Positions 35,186 through 46,185 of a DNA stretch of 64,000 nucleotides are shown here, piece after piece; position 1 is the stretch's first letter, and the number at the start of each line of letters is the position of its first letter. The position numbers and the translations under genes were made by a program. The notes beneath the pieces were generated by a model that saw only the letters and a program-made list of their open reading frames with translations, made no database searches and had not been told where the DNA came from. The DNA is from a virus. Location of the stretch: positions 1 to 64,000 of the IMG/VR virus record IMGVR_UViG_3300025087_000038. One strand, written 5' to 3'.

Positions 35186-36597
35186 ACGAAGTACAAGTAT
35201 TAAACAAGATAAAAGCACCCGGAAATCTACCACAAGGACTAAGTGGAGTAGAAATGGCTTTATGGATGATTTTAGTTGAAAAAGGCGAAAAACGATTGTA
35301 TGGAATACCAGTTTTAGATGCTTTAGAAACAGGGTCTGCTAAATCTTTTATTGCAGTAAAACTAAGAGATGAAACTGGAAAAGAAATAACAAATGCTGAA
35401 CCTATAAGTGTAGCAAGCTACGGAACAGGCAACGGAGTTGAGTGGTGGTCTTATAGCGAACTTGCTACAATTTTTGTAGGGTTTAGTGATAACAAAATAA
35501 GAACATACAGTATGAATATGACTCCTACAATTGCTTATGGAACAAAATATTATTACACTGTTTCTTCTGCTCCGGATAGTTTATGGGATTCTTCTACTGG
35601 TCACTTATGGTATTGTTCTTCTAGTGAAAATACAATAGGTAGGATTACCCAAGGAACTAATAATACTGTTGTGTATACTCTTAAAAGAAAATCCGGAGAT
35701 TCCTGGGTAGATTATACTTATAATCCTACAGCAATAAGCTATTATTTAGCATGTTCTGGGAATTTAAATATTGCCAGTTATTGGATACCAATATTAGCTC
35801 CTTTTGGGGAGAACTGGATGTCACTTGGTGAATATAGTATATCGGGAGGGTCTAATTATACTGAATCCTACGAGACTCCGGGATTTATTGTAGGAATGGC
35901 GACTGTTAATTGGTATTTTGGTGGAACAGGTGGGGCTAATATTGGTTATTATTTATCAAGTACTGATGGAAATATTTATAAAGCGCAATTTGAGGCGCCT
36001 TGGTTGTATCCTCCACCCATACGCGCAGGTACCTTTACCATAGTAGACCAATTTATCGGAAAGATTAATCAAGGAGGAATTCATATAGGCTACAAAATTC
36101 CATACATAAAAGTAACGGGTCAAAGTAAAGATGGATACATGAAAAAAAGTGGGGCAACCTATACAGAAGCAGTAGCATCTACTCCAGTAGTAACAATAAA
36201 TGGAGGAAGTTCAATAAAGTATGTAGGAACAAGACTAACTGGAGGAAACTACGAAATTTATAGGTCTTACCTTTCTTTTGATACAGAGTTTATAGATTTT
36301 ACTCCTACAGTAATACATCTTTATCTTAAAACTGTTTCTTTAACAGTAAGGGATATGGAAATACTGGTTTATGAAATGCCAGCACATGATGTTCTGACTT
36401 CAGACCACTGGGGTTCGGTAGGAAGATTGTTAGCAAGAAAACATGTTTGCGCTTACCATTCAATTTATCTTCCTGTAGATACAGATTTAAGTAATGGATT
36501 ATATGTAGAAATAAGGGGAAGTCAAGAAGAAACAAATAGTTATATACAAAACGACTTAATAACAATTAGCGCTTACGAGTTGAGGTTATTTTCATAA
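35182..36597 (+). CDS. Tail-tip protein with a C-terminal carbohydrate-binding-like domain
   Basis: YRSYLSFDT...IHLYL motif; beta-rich. Confidence 0.55.
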   Translation: MNEVQVLNKIKAPGNLPQGLSGVEMALWMILVEKGEKRLYGIPVLDALETGSAKSFIAVKLRDETGKEITNAEPISVASYGTGNGVEWWSYSELATIFVGFSDNKIRTYSMNMTPTIAYGTKYYYTVSSAPDSLWDSSTGHLWYCSSSENTIGRITQGTNNTVVYTLKRKSGDSWVDYTYNPTAISYYLACSGNLNIASYWIPILAPFGENWMSLGEYSISGGSNYTESYETPGFIVGMATVNWYFGGTGGANIGYYLSSTDGNIYKAQFEAPWLYPPPIRAGTFTIVDQFIGKINQGGIHIGYKIPYIKVTGQSKDGYMKKSGATYTEAVASTPVVTINGGSSIKYVGTRLTGGNYEIYRSYLSFDTEFIDFTPTVIHLYLKTVSLTVRDMEILVYEMPAHDVLTSDHWGSVGRLLARKHVCAYHSIYLPVDTDLSNGLYVEIRGSQEETNSYIQNDLITISAYELRLFS

Positions 36598-37436
36598 TGG
36601 GAACAGGATATTGTAGAATAGGTGATTACGAATTTATGTTAAAGAAAAGTGTTTGCGGATATTCTGTTATATCAGTAGCTAATATAGAAAGGCCATCAGG
36701 ACAGATAGAACTTTTTTATCAGCATACAGGTGCGACCCAAACTTTAACTATGGATAGAACAAGGGATAGAGGAGTAACGCAAACTCAGACAAACTATACT
36801 CTAAAAGACGAAAATAACGTTAATGTAGTATCAGGACTTTTAACAATGCCAATATGTTCATTAGTATTTGCTGCGGCATTGAATACTTATTTTTTAATCT
36901 ATTATTACAACTTTAAAATATTATTTACAAAAGGGACGTTAAATGTAAGCGATGTAATAACTTGGGCACAACCTACAATAGTAGTAAGTAATATAACTAT
37001 GGCTAGACCACAAATAATCTATAACACTGATGGAAGTATAGATGTCTATTACAAAGTTTATAATGATGCCTTTGATGAAATAATAAAGATAAAACGAAGT
37101 AAAGACTATGGAATAACATGGACAGATATACCTTACGATCCCGTAGTAGAAATAAAAAAAGAAAATATAAAACTATTCAATTTGCCAGAATGTAGTAAAG
37201 TAGGTATGATAAGCCATGATGGGAAAACTATGAACCAAGATTTCTTAACCCATACAGTAGACGGAAAACTAACATTAACAGAAAATACAGGAGGTACTAG
37301 TATAGTTCCAACTCAAACACCCGCAGTATTAAGAAGTAGAACTGACGAGTATTATGTAGCGTATCAATCAGGAATTGGCTTAACTTTAAACTTTGGTATA
37401 AGCCGAGATGCAGGATTAACATGGAGTAAAGTATGA
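36597..37436 (+). CDS. Tail protein with BNR/Asp-box repeats
   Basis: SKDYGITW, SRDAGLTW, TRDRGVT. Confidence 0.7.
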   Translation: MGTGYCRIGDYEFMLKKSVCGYSVISVANIERPSGQIELFYQHTGATQTLTMDRTRDRGVTQTQTNYTLKDENNVNVVSGLLTMPICSLVFAAALNTYFLIYYYNFKILFTKGTLNVSDVITWAQPTIVVSNITMARPQIIYNTDGSIDVYYKVYNDAFDEIIKIKRSKDYGITWTDIPYDPVVEIKKENIKLFNLPECSKVGMISHDGKTMNQDFLTHTVDGKLTLTENTGGTSIVPTQTPAVLRSRTDEYYVAYQSGIGLTLNFGISRDAGLTWSKV

Positions 37437-39901
37437 CAAGAAAAATTCGGTATTATCCGCATGTAAAAGCAGAATGGGCACGAACCTTTAACGTTATGAC
37501 ACGCTGGGGATTCTGTATGTATGTGCCAATGAGCGAAGCAATAGATAACGTAGGACTAATAACCAGTGATAAAAGTATTAGTAATAGTACTACTGACAAT
37601 AAAAAAGCACAAACGCTATACGAATACCAAACAATTTTTCATTCTACTTTAGATAGGCAATCGACGTTATGGGTAGAGCGAAATTTAGGAGCGCTAATGT
37701 TGCGGCCAAAAAACTTTAATTATACTTATGCTGATACAACACTTTCAGCAAACCATTCTTGGTCTGGTGGTACTCCTTCTGGAGGAACTACTACTGCTTG
37801 GGAGGCGGTAGTAGGTACAGCTGGAGATGACAAAAATAACGTTTGGGTAGAAGAAACAACTTCTCCGCTTACAAAATGGGTAGTAGAAGATGATCCTAAA
37901 ATTCCGCCTTATGGTACTGTTACACCAACGCTTTCTGCTATTAAATTTCTTCATTTAAAAAACAGTAATACAAATACTCCTAGAACTATTAAATCAACAT
38001 TTCCAGTGGTCGAAAATGGCTCCTTTTGTGTAGTAGTGGGATTACCGGTACAAGCAAACAATCAGACACCAGCGTCTTCAGTAGTTATAGGATTTGGAGC
38101 AGATGCATGGAAAATAAAATGGGCTGCAAACGAAAGACCGGTATTGCTAGACCAAAAAGATAATGTGCTTGATACTATAAGAATACCAGAAGAAGACACA
38201 ACAATATTCCATAAACAATGGGCAAGTAACAATATTAAAACTTACGCGTTTATGGTCCAATGGGCATTTCATAGTATACTTATTTCTAATGGAATCCAGA
38301 TAGACTATACGCAAACCGAAAAAGAGCCTAAACACGCAAGAAACTGGTTATATAAAGTGCCTACAATGAGCGCTGCTACTGATGGTATAGAAATAGCCGA
38401 AAGTCCTATTTCAGTAACGGTTAGTGGCGGGAATGGGTTCTTAGCATATATACCAATAGAATATGCAGAAAGTGGCCTTTTACAAGCTGGTAAAACTAAT
38501 ATTGGGTATAAGCCAACTACAACTAAAATGACTACAAACTCGGTAACGCAAGGAAAGACAGAAGTAGTCAATAATTTTACAACTTCTGATACCGAATACG
38601 ACTGGAATGTAACACTAAATCGATGGAACGGTGATGGAACAGACGTTCCAAACTATACCCCTATACTGTTTGGTGTAGAATTCAACGGCAGCCCAAAATA
38701 TGAAATCGCTACGTTAGATTCTACTGATATACCAGATATACTTAGTGAACATATTTTAAATTGTTCAATATCAGAATATGTAGACCAACCTAGAACTTGT
38801 ACTTTATCGGTTTGGAATAGAGGCGGACGATACAAAAATTTGTATGGGATGTATCCCATAAAAGTAAGTATCGGACAAAAAACAGGGCCAGAACGAATAG
38901 GTGATTTTGAAAACGTTCCTACTGGCGAACCTACTATGTATCAACATATATTTGGGTTTGTATCAGACATAAAATATTCAAGACCGGATGCTGCACAGAG
39001 CACAGTAGATTTAACCATAACTGATAGACGAATACAGGTAACAGAAGCGATAGCGGTAAATTTACCAATCTACGACGGATGGGTACATTATGAGGCAATA
39101 GCCGATTTAGCTGATAGAAGTGGAATAGAAACAGGTGATAGAGTTATTGATGTTATAAATTCTGGGACATTATCCCCTGGTAACCTCCCTAATTCTGGAT
39201 TGATGAAAGAACCGTTATATATGTTTAGCGCCGGAACATCTATGTGGGAATGTATGGAAAAGATTCGGCAATGGAGCCAATGGTGGATGTATTTTGACGA
39301 AGATGGAAAACTGAATTATAGGGATCCGGTGCTTACAACAGTATCTTCGCCGACATCTTCACCAAACGGACGAAAATTTAAAGAAGTCCCAAGCACAGTT
39401 GATGCTTATGACGAGCTAAAACGAATGAACATAGTAAAACGATTAGCCGAAATTATAAATACTGTTTTTGTACAAGGATTAGATTACAACTATCCAGTGC
39501 CTCGACCTTTGTTTGCATTAGAGCAATCACCACTTGGCGGAACTATAGACAGAGCGAGAATGGGCTGGGTACCTTGGAACCGGTTCCAAATAATTAGTGA
39601 TAGCGCATTAAATAGTCCGGGCGTAGTACAAAGTGTGGCAGCTGAAGTATTTAAACGCGCCTCACGCCCAAGATTTTTTATACAGTTTAGTGCTTGGGGT
39701 CAACCAGACCTGTATCCACTAAACATAATAGAAATAGAAGAAATAGATAAAGAAACTGGTATAATGGAATTAACAGAAGCCAAAAAGTTTAGGATAACAT
39801 CAATAACACATAACCTAAGCAAAAGCACTGAGGCATACACATGCGATATAGAAGGTGAATGGGTAGACCCACAATATACTTACGACCCATATTGGAGTTA
39901 A
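37433..39901 (+). CDS. Tail hub / baseplate hub-like protein
   Basis: 822 aa; MYFDEDGKLNYR, GQPDLYPLNIIEI and FRITSITH motifs typical of hub proteins. Confidence 0.65.
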   Translation: MTRKIRYYPHVKAEWARTFNVMTRWGFCMYVPMSEAIDNVGLITSDKSISNSTTDNKKAQTLYEYQTIFHSTLDRQSTLWVERNLGALMLRPKNFNYTYADTTLSANHSWSGGTPSGGTTTAWEAVVGTAGDDKNNVWVEETTSPLTKWVVEDDPKIPPYGTVTPTLSAIKFLHLKNSNTNTPRTIKSTFPVVENGSFCVVVGLPVQANNQTPASSVVIGFGADAWKIKWAANERPVLLDQKDNVLDTIRIPEEDTTIFHKQWASNNIKTYAFMVQWAFHSILISNGIQIDYTQTEKEPKHARNWLYKVPTMSAATDGIEIAESPISVTVSGGNGFLAYIPIEYAESGLLQAGKTNIGYKPTTTKMTTNSVTQGKTEVVNNFTTSDTEYDWNVTLNRWNGDGTDVPNYTPILFGVEFNGSPKYEIATLDSTDIPDILSEHILNCSISEYVDQPRTCTLSVWNRGGRYKNLYGMYPIKVSIGQKTGPERIGDFENVPTGEPTMYQHIFGFVSDIKYSRPDAAQSTVDLTITDRRIQVTEAIAVNLPIYDGWVHYEAIADLADRSGIETGDRVIDVINSGTLSPGNLPNSGLMKEPLYMFSAGTSMWECMEKIRQWSQWWMYFDEDGKLNYRDPVLTTVSSPTSSPNGRKFKEVPSTVDAYDELKRMNIVKRLAEIINTVFVQGLDYNYPVPRPLFALEQSPLGGTIDRARMGWVPWNRFQIISDSALNSPGVVQSVAAEVFKRASRPRFFIQFSAWGQPDLYPLNIIEIEEIDKETGIMELTEAKKFRITSITHNLSKSTEAYTCDIEGEWVDPQYTYDPYWS

Positions 39902-39904
39902 TAA

Positions 39905-40132
39905 ATGTTAAAAACTTATAGGAATATAGGAAGAGAATTAAGCCGAAATATAGTCTACAAAGTTTTAAAAGGAACAGATACAGTAAGTCGTCTAAACATG
40001 ACCCAAAAAGCTACTATGGAAAAAGGGCAAAGTTTAGGTATAGAAAAGAAAGAGCTGTTTGATTCCCTATTTAGGGGTTACATAATGTGCGGAAGCTCAA
40101 AATTAGGAGATGGGTCAGTTTGTGGCCCATAG
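39905..40132 (+). CDS. Small tail protein
   Basis: 75 aa, ending GSSKLGDGSV. Confidence 0.5.
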   Translation: MLKTYRNIGRELSRNIVYKVLKGTDTVSRLNMTQKATMEKGQSLGIEKKELFDSLFRGYIMCGSSKLGDGSVCGP

Positions 40133-40137
40133 CATAA

Positions 40138-43100
40138 ATGAGTTACGGATACTTTTCAGATAAATATTTGTTACCGACACAAGTCCATGGGGACAACATG
40201 TCGGGAACGCAGGAGAAACGAAAGTCCCGGATACTGGATAATCAACTTTATATTTCGCTTTGGTTGCACGGAACCGGTAATGGAGTAATCAAAGAAGGAA
40301 TGTATCTGGGAACATTTTCTTCAAATAATTCTACTGTGCAATTAATCGAGAATAAACCAAATCCAGCGTTAGAATGCTTAATAAATCAAGTATACGGATA
40401 TACAACAGGGGCATTAACTTGGACTGGATTGGCAAACAACACTATTTATTATCTTTATGCTAACATAGTAGAACAAGCGACAGATACAAACCCTTCTGGG
40501 GCATCAACCAGAGAATACAAAAGTATAGGAACAAGTTTTAATATTACTGGAATAACCCCTACAGACGCAATTCTAATAGCTACCGCTACAACTACAGCTT
40601 CAGCAATTTCTATTAATATCAACCCAAGTGGAAAACGGTACATAAAATCAATAGAAGACACAACGGATTTTGTAAGCGGAATAACAGTATTTGGAAATGC
40701 TGAGTTCAAAAAAGCGGTAGAAATAGATGGCGGAATAACAAGTGGAATAAATATTTACGGGAACGTAACAATAACAGGGACTGGTAATACATTTGCAGTA
40801 TGGAATCCAACAACCTTTAACAGACCAGTAACATTTAACGATTACATTATTGGTAATCCTTTAACAGTACGAAGTGGAGAGGATGTATATGGAAACGAAA
40901 CGGTACGAGGAAACTTAATACTCCAAGGAAAAATAGCAAGTGGAATAGACGTATTTGGCGGAGATTCGATTTTCAGAGATGACGTAGTCTTACAGAGGAC
41001 TTTAGAGGTAATCCATGGAACAACCTTAGATAGTTTAATTGTACGAAGTGGAGAAGACGTTTATGGGAACGGTATATTCCATGACAATGTAACTATTCAA
41101 GATAACCTAACAGTTTTAGGAAAGGTAGATATAACAAAAAATCTTATAGTAAGAAGCGGAGAGGAGATATTCGGAGATTCAGTTTTTAGAGACAAGGTAA
41201 CCGTTCAAGACGGTATAGACAGCAATAGTCCTATCTCTACTTCAGGGTTAAGCATATTCGGAGATTTGTATGTAACTGGTGGATTTCCGCAAGGGGCGGA
41301 TGAAAAAGCAAGGGTAACAATAACCGATACAACACCAAACTTTTTAGCCAGCAAAATAGTAGCAGGGGCTAACGTTACTGTAACAACATTGAATCCTGGT
41401 GGAGATGAAACGTTACGGATAGCGTCAACTGGTGGAAGTGGGAGTCCGGGAGGAAACAATACTGAAGTCCAGTATAATGATGCAGCCGCCTTTGGAGGCG
41501 CTGCAGGCTTGCGATACAATAATAGTACTCATTTAGTAACAATCAATAGCGGAATAGATGTAACTGGTACTTCAACTTTTAGAGGTAACACAAAAGTTCA
41601 AGGCACATTAGCAGTAGGAAATGATTATAATGAACCTTGGTTTGGTTCACAAGTTCACGTTATAGATGAGCCGGATACCTACATAATGGTTGAAACTTTA
41701 AATAGTTTAGGTTATGCAGGAATAGCTTTTAAAACCCCAAATATAACTATGCTGAATGATGTTCCATTTGTATATGCTAATGATTCGGATAAATCATTAC
41801 GGCTTTACGCATTTGGAAAAGACGAAATAATCCTAGAAGATGAACAAGTAAGAATACAAGATAGATTGCTATTACATAGTGGTATAGATGCATACGGAAA
41901 CATTTTCTTTAGAAGTGGGGTAGAAGTACAAGAAAATTTAAGAATTGATAGAACACTAAATGTAGAAGGACAATCAAACCAATCAGGTATAAATGTATTT
42001 GGTGATTTAATAGTAAAACAAAATTTAAGAACAAATTTTTTGCAAGTATCCCAAAATGTAAATGATAGATTTTCTTCTGGAATGGAAAACCCAAATGCGG
42101 GCACTGCAGCAATAACGGAATGGAGAATCGGCGAAGATATTACAACAATAGATAGCAAATATTTTACTATCGGATACGTTGGAAGCGGATATACACCATC
42201 TGGATACGTAAATCCAAATCAAGCAGATATTATCGCTACATCTCTTGTAACAAATGGATTTGTTATCGGAACTAACGGGAACGCCCCTATAAAGTTTGTT
42301 ACAAACCAAGCGGAACGTATAAGAATAGAAGGTGGCGGAAACATCGGTATCGGGACAACAAGCGCACAGTCAAAATTACATTTTGTCTCTACTGGCGCAG
42401 GGTATAATCCTGTTATGATAGAAGATATAATTGCAGCAACAACAGGCGGGGATATATTTCTTCAACATGCGAGGGGAACAACAGAAGCAAATAAGACCAT
42501 ACTTTTAAATAATGATGTAATGGGTGGTATTTATGCGAGGGGTTATGACGGTTTTAATTATCAGACTGGTGCAAGTATAGAGTTTGAAGTTGACGGAACT
42601 CCGGGTGCGACAGATATGCCGGGTCGTATAGTATTTTCTACTACCCCGGATAACTCAAGTACTTTAATAGATAGATTTATCGTAAATAGTAATGGCCATT
42701 TATTACCAGCTGCTTTAGGATATAATATAGGAGAAAGTGGATTAGGGGTAAGCCAGTTATGGGTAAGCAACGTAAACAGTAGCAAAGTTTCGTTTGATGA
42801 TGGGACAACCCTTACAACTGGTGGTAGTTCAGGCGCAACCACCGCATTAGACAACCTCGCCTCGGTAGCGATAAATACACACTTATTGCCTTCTGGAGAT
42901 AGTTCTATTGATTTGGGAACTTCTACAGGTCCGAACAGATTTAGAGTCGGCTACTTTGACCGCCTGAACGTAAACGATGGGACGCTGGCGGATGATACAT
43001 CTAATGCGATTATGGGGATAATAAATTTAAGTGGAGCAGGTGCACCAAAAGGATTAAATTTAGATGTTGATTATTCTGGAGTTACTGCAAATTTAGTTTC

Positions 43101-44085
43101 CTATGGAATATATTTAGATTGCGATTCAACATCTACGGGTATTCTTTCTAAAACCTATGGACTTTATGCTTATGCACATGGAGCACAGAACAGTTTTGGC
43201 GTATATGGAATCGGAGAAGCAGGGACAAATAATTATGGAGGATATTTTGAAGGCGCAACTGCCGATATCTGGCTTGAAAATAGAAAACTCAAAGCAGGCG
43301 GAACATGGACTTTCCCTGTAGCGGATGCGGCAGGAGTTTTATATTCAAACGGTTCTGGAACTTTGGCGTTAGGAGATACATTAGTTGCCGATGGCGGCAC
43401 TGGCGCTTCTACTGCAACTTTAGGATTTAATGCTTTATCTCCTGTAACTACAAGAGGGGATATTATCGTTAGGGACGCAACAAATAATATTAGACTTGCG
43501 TTAGGTAGTGCAGGTAAAATATTACGGTCTGATGGGACGGATTTAGTATATTCAACCTCAACTTTCGCTGATACCTATACCGCTTCAACCCTCTTATATT
43601 CCAACGGTGCTAACACTGTTCAGGGGTTAGCGACTGCCAATGATGGCGTTTTAGTTACATCGGCAACTGGTGTGCCGAGTATTGCGGCGGCGATAGCGGC
43701 GGTTAATCTGCCGACTGGGTCGTTCACGTTATTGACTTTTGATATGACCGCAACGGCTTTAACTTCAACAAACGTATTGAGGGCTTTCACCTTACCCGCA
43801 AACACTTATGCTTACATTATTGTAATGTGTGGTTGGCACGTAGCGGGCGGGACGAACGAGGCTTGTGAATGGAATGTGCAAGTAAGAGATAACACTGTCG
43901 TAAAAGGTAACGCAGTCCCGTGGAAACAATCGGCGACAGGAACGGGTGATACTTGGACAAACGGTAGTGTAACAGCCGCTATTTTTACTGATACGAGTGC
44001 GAATAGCGTAGACGCCTACGGTACGGAGGTAAGTGGAACTGGGACTTTGACGGCGGACTGGTTTGTAGTTCTGGGAGTCAAGTAG
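40138..44085 (+). CDS. Tail fibre protein
   Basis: 1315 aa; repeated SGxxVxG beta units; ERIRIEGGGNIGIGTT, MPGRIVFSTT and TTRGDIIVR fibre motifs. Confidence 0.85.
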   Translation: MSYGYFSDKYLLPTQVHGDNMSGTQEKRKSRILDNQLYISLWLHGTGNGVIKEGMYLGTFSSNNSTVQLIENKPNPALECLINQVYGYTTGALTWTGLANNTIYYLYANIVEQATDTNPSGASTREYKSIGTSFNITGITPTDAILIATATTTASAISININPSGKRYIKSIEDTTDFVSGITVFGNAEFKKAVEIDGGITSGINIYGNVTITGTGNTFAVWNPTTFNRPVTFNDYIIGNPLTVRSGEDVYGNETVRGNLILQGKIASGIDVFGGDSIFRDDVVLQRTLEVIHGTTLDSLIVRSGEDVYGNGIFHDNVTIQDNLTVLGKVDITKNLIVRSGEEIFGDSVFRDKVTVQDGIDSNSPISTSGLSIFGDLYVTGGFPQGADEKARVTITDTTPNFLASKIVAGANVTVTTLNPGGDETLRIASTGGSGSPGGNNTEVQYNDAAAFGGAAGLRYNNSTHLVTINSGIDVTGTSTFRGNTKVQGTLAVGNDYNEPWFGSQVHVIDEPDTYIMVETLNSLGYAGIAFKTPNITMLNDVPFVYANDSDKSLRLYAFGKDEIILEDEQVRIQDRLLLHSGIDAYGNIFFRSGVEVQENLRIDRTLNVEGQSNQSGINVFGDLIVKQNLRTNFLQVSQNVNDRFSSGMENPNAGTAAITEWRIGEDITTIDSKYFTIGYVGSGYTPSGYVNPNQADIIATSLVTNGFVIGTNGNAPIKFVTNQAERIRIEGGGNIGIGTTSAQSKLHFVSTGAGYNPVMIEDIIAATTGGDIFLQHARGTTEANKTILLNNDVMGGIYARGYDGFNYQTGASIEFEVDGTPGATDMPGRIVFSTTPDNSSTLIDRFIVNSNGHLLPAALGYNIGESGLGVSQLWVSNVNSSKVSFDDGTTLTTGGSSGATTALDNLASVAINTHLLPSGDSSIDLGTSTGPNRFRVGYFDRLNVNDGTLADDTSNAIMGIINLSGAGAPKGLNLDVDYSGVTANLVSYGIYLDCDSTSTGILSKTYGLYAYAHGAQNSFGVYGIGEAGTNNYGGYFEGATADIWLENRKLKAGGTWTFPVADAAGVLYSNGSGTLALGDTLVADGGTGASTATLGFNALSPVTTRGDIIVRDATNNIRLALGSAGKILRSDGTDLVYSTSTFADTYTASTLLYSNGANTVQGLATANDGVLVTSATGVPSIAAAIAAVNLPTGSFTLLTFDMTATALTSTNVLRAFTLPANTYAYIIVMCGWHVAGGTNEACEWNVQVRDNTVVKGNAVPWKQSATGTGDTWTNGSVTAAIFTDTSANSVDAYGTEVSGTGTLTADWFVVLGVK

Positions 44086-44100
44086 AGGAGGAAACAAAAG

Positions 44101-44298
44101 ATGAAAGAAGGAATTTCGCAGGAATTTATATTTAAGTCAGAAGATAACGAAACATTAAGCGCAGTAATAATAGACTTAGAAAAATTAGATGGAACACCGC
44201 CCGAATCTATAAACATTTTGCCCAACTTAAGTCCGTTTGGAGTAGCAATTTTTCAAGAAATATTTAATGGTATAAAACCGTATTTACCGATAAAATAA
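44101..44298 (+). CDS. Small fibre-associated protein
   Basis: SD GAGGAGG; 65 aa. Confidence 0.55.
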   Translation: MKEGISQEFIFKSEDNETLSAVIIDLEKLDGTPPESINILPNLSPFGVAIFQEIFNGIKPYLPIK

Positions 44299-44309
44299 GG
44301 AGGGCAAAA

Positions 44310-44570
44310 ATGGCAAAAGTATTAAAGCAATCGTGGCTAACGCTTTGGGATAAAAATGGAGATGGTATAATAGACGAAGTGGACGCCAGTTGGATAATAG
44401 GTACAACTGATGATGTAAATCTAATTAGACAAGGGGGAAGAAGTTATACTATACAAACAACCTATTTGAACCCAGCTGGAGATTTGAATAGTTTAACTGG
44501 AACAATAACAATAAGTCAGTTGATAACGGCAATAAAAACCAACATAAAAAGCGCAGAAAACATAATATAG
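44310..44570 (+). CDS. Small protein with an EF-hand/dockerin-like DxNGDGxID motif
   Basis: WDKNGDGIIDEVD; SD AGGAGG. Confidence 0.55.
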   Translation: MAKVLKQSWLTLWDKNGDGIIDEVDASWIIGTTDDVNLIRQGGRSYTIQTTYLNPAGDLNSLTGTITISQLITAIKTNIKSAENII

Positions 44571-44582
44571 GAGGAACCTAAA

Positions 44583-44741
44583 ATGAAAGAAAAAATAGAA
44601 GCGAGAATAAAAGAATTAGAAAAGTTGGTAGAGGAAAGGCAAATAGCCCTTCAACAATTATCAGCTAATCATAATGGGTTATTACACCGAATAGACGAAC
44701 TAAAACTACTGATAAAGGAACCAGAAGTAAAAGCAAGCTAA
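44583..44741 (+). CDS. Short coiled-coil protein (52 aa), possible fibre chaperone
   Basis: SD AGGAGG; MKEKIEARIKELEKL... (manual translation). Confidence 0.55.
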   Translation: MKEKIEARIKELEKLVEERQIALQQLSANHNGLLHRIDELKLLIKEPEVKAS

Positions 44742-44767
44742 AAAATAAGTAGTTAAAGGAGAAACAT

Positions 44768-45763
44768 ATGGGATATGGATTTTTTACTGATAAATACACT
44801 TTCCCTGCTCAAGTTAAAGGAGATATTATGTCTGAGCGGGAAGAAAAAAGAAAAGCAAGAATTATAGATAACAACCTCTACGCCGCAATACTTTTACATA
44901 GTGCAGGATATGGCGTTATAAGTGAAGGAACTTACTCAGGAGTGTTTGTAAACAATGGTTCCGCAGTATATCTTACTGCATTAGAAGCATTGATAAGCCA
45001 GATTTATGTTTCTCCTACAAGTACTTTATCTTGGACAAATTTGTCTAATAATACTACTTATTATCTTTATGCTACTTTAATAGAACAAGCAACTGATGCC
45101 AATCCTGCTGGGGCCAGTAGTAGAGAATACAAAAGTGTGGATACAACCACAAACACAACAGGGATAATTCCGTCTAACTCTATTTTAGTAGCAACGGCAA
45201 CTACTACGGCAACTGCTATAACCATAAACAGTAATCCTACTGGGAAACGTATGATAGTAACTGTAGCCGACCATGATTTACATGGTAGTGGGGTAGATAC
45301 CTATAACGATTCTACATTTAGAGGAGATGTAAACATTCAAGATACACTTACTGTTGAGGACCCTTCTACATTCCAGAGACTAGTAACTTTTGAAAAGGAT
45401 ATAAAACTAAACGGTGGAATAGAAAGTGGACTAAGTATTTACGGGGCTGATACTATAGTAAGAGACGATTTAGTTGTACAAAAAACAGCTACTATTAATC
45501 AAACCCTAACAGTAAACGATGATTCAACTCTAGAACATCTTTTAATAAGAAGTGGAGCTGAGGTTTATGGAAACTCAACGGTACATGGAGACCTAACAAT
45601 TACAGCAGACTTAGTAGTAAGAGGAAACAATAATGAAGTATATGTATCTGCCGGTTCGGGACTAGACATAGAGTTTCACGATTTTGCCGGTACCAAAATA
45701 GCTTACATGGATGGTGGCGGAAACTTTTATTTGAAGGGTCAGTCCTATAATAATGCTTTTTAA
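44768..45763 (+). CDS. Short tail fibre paralog
   Basis: The N-terminal ~160 aa closely match 40138 (MxYGxFxDKY, YYLYAxxxEQATDxNPxGASxREYKS); also has SGxxVYG repeats. Confidence 0.8.
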   Translation: MGYGFFTDKYTFPAQVKGDIMSEREEKRKARIIDNNLYAAILLHSAGYGVISEGTYSGVFVNNGSAVYLTALEALISQIYVSPTSTLSWTNLSNNTTYYLYATLIEQATDANPAGASSREYKSVDTTTNTTGIIPSNSILVATATTTATAITINSNPTGKRMIVTVADHDLHGSGVDTYNDSTFRGDVNIQDTLTVEDPSTFQRLVTFEKDIKLNGGIESGLSIYGADTIVRDDLVVQKTATINQTLTVNDDSTLEHLLIRSGAEVYGNSTVHGDLTITADLVVRGNNNEVYVSAGSGLDIEFHDFAGTKIAYMDGGGNFYLKGQSYNNAF

Positions 45764-45866
45764 AAATGAATAGTCTAAAAATTCAACCTTTATATGTGGG
45801 ATCATTGATACAGTATACAACTCTTTTTAGAGGAAATGAAAAAATAGCAAGCACTTTTGCCAGTTC

Positions 45867-45877
45867 TGTAGTATAAT
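45867..45877 (+). promoter_or_regulatory. Promoter motif TGTAGTATAAT
   Basis: Followed by SD AGGAGG. Confidence 0.7.
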
Positions 45878-45897
45878 ATAGATAGGAGGAATAAACT

Positions 45898-46185
45898 ATT
45901 AAAATATCTGATGTAACTAAAGACTACCGAATTTTTCTTTTTAAATATCTAAAATCTCACCCGGACGAAGTATTTACAACTAGGGATATGGAATTGCTAT
46001 GTCTTACTAATGGATATAATAAAATAAGTATCCATTCTATAAGAGGATTTGCTTCATCTTCTTTACCGCACTTCAAAAAACAACTAATCAATTTTAGTAA
46101 TAAGACAAGTAAAAACACCCCAGTTTGGTATGGGTGTCCGCAAGCAATTAAAAAACTGTCTACAACGTTTAAGGAGGTAAAATGA
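45898..46185 (+). CDS. Hypothetical protein, probably starting at ATT
   Basis: The frame is open for 30 codons upstream of the track's ATG 45988, back to an ATT placed 8 nt after AGGAGG. Confidence 0.5.
   Translation: MKISDVTKDYRIFLFKYLKSHPDEVFTTRDMELLCLTNGYNKISIHSIRGFASSSLPHFKKQLINFSNKTSKNTPVWYGCPQAIKKLSTTFKEVK

Noticed and set aside
43600-44085. Diversity-generating retroelement target at the fibre tip
   Set aside because: No template repeat with adenine-specific differences and no reverse transcriptase were seen in the window.
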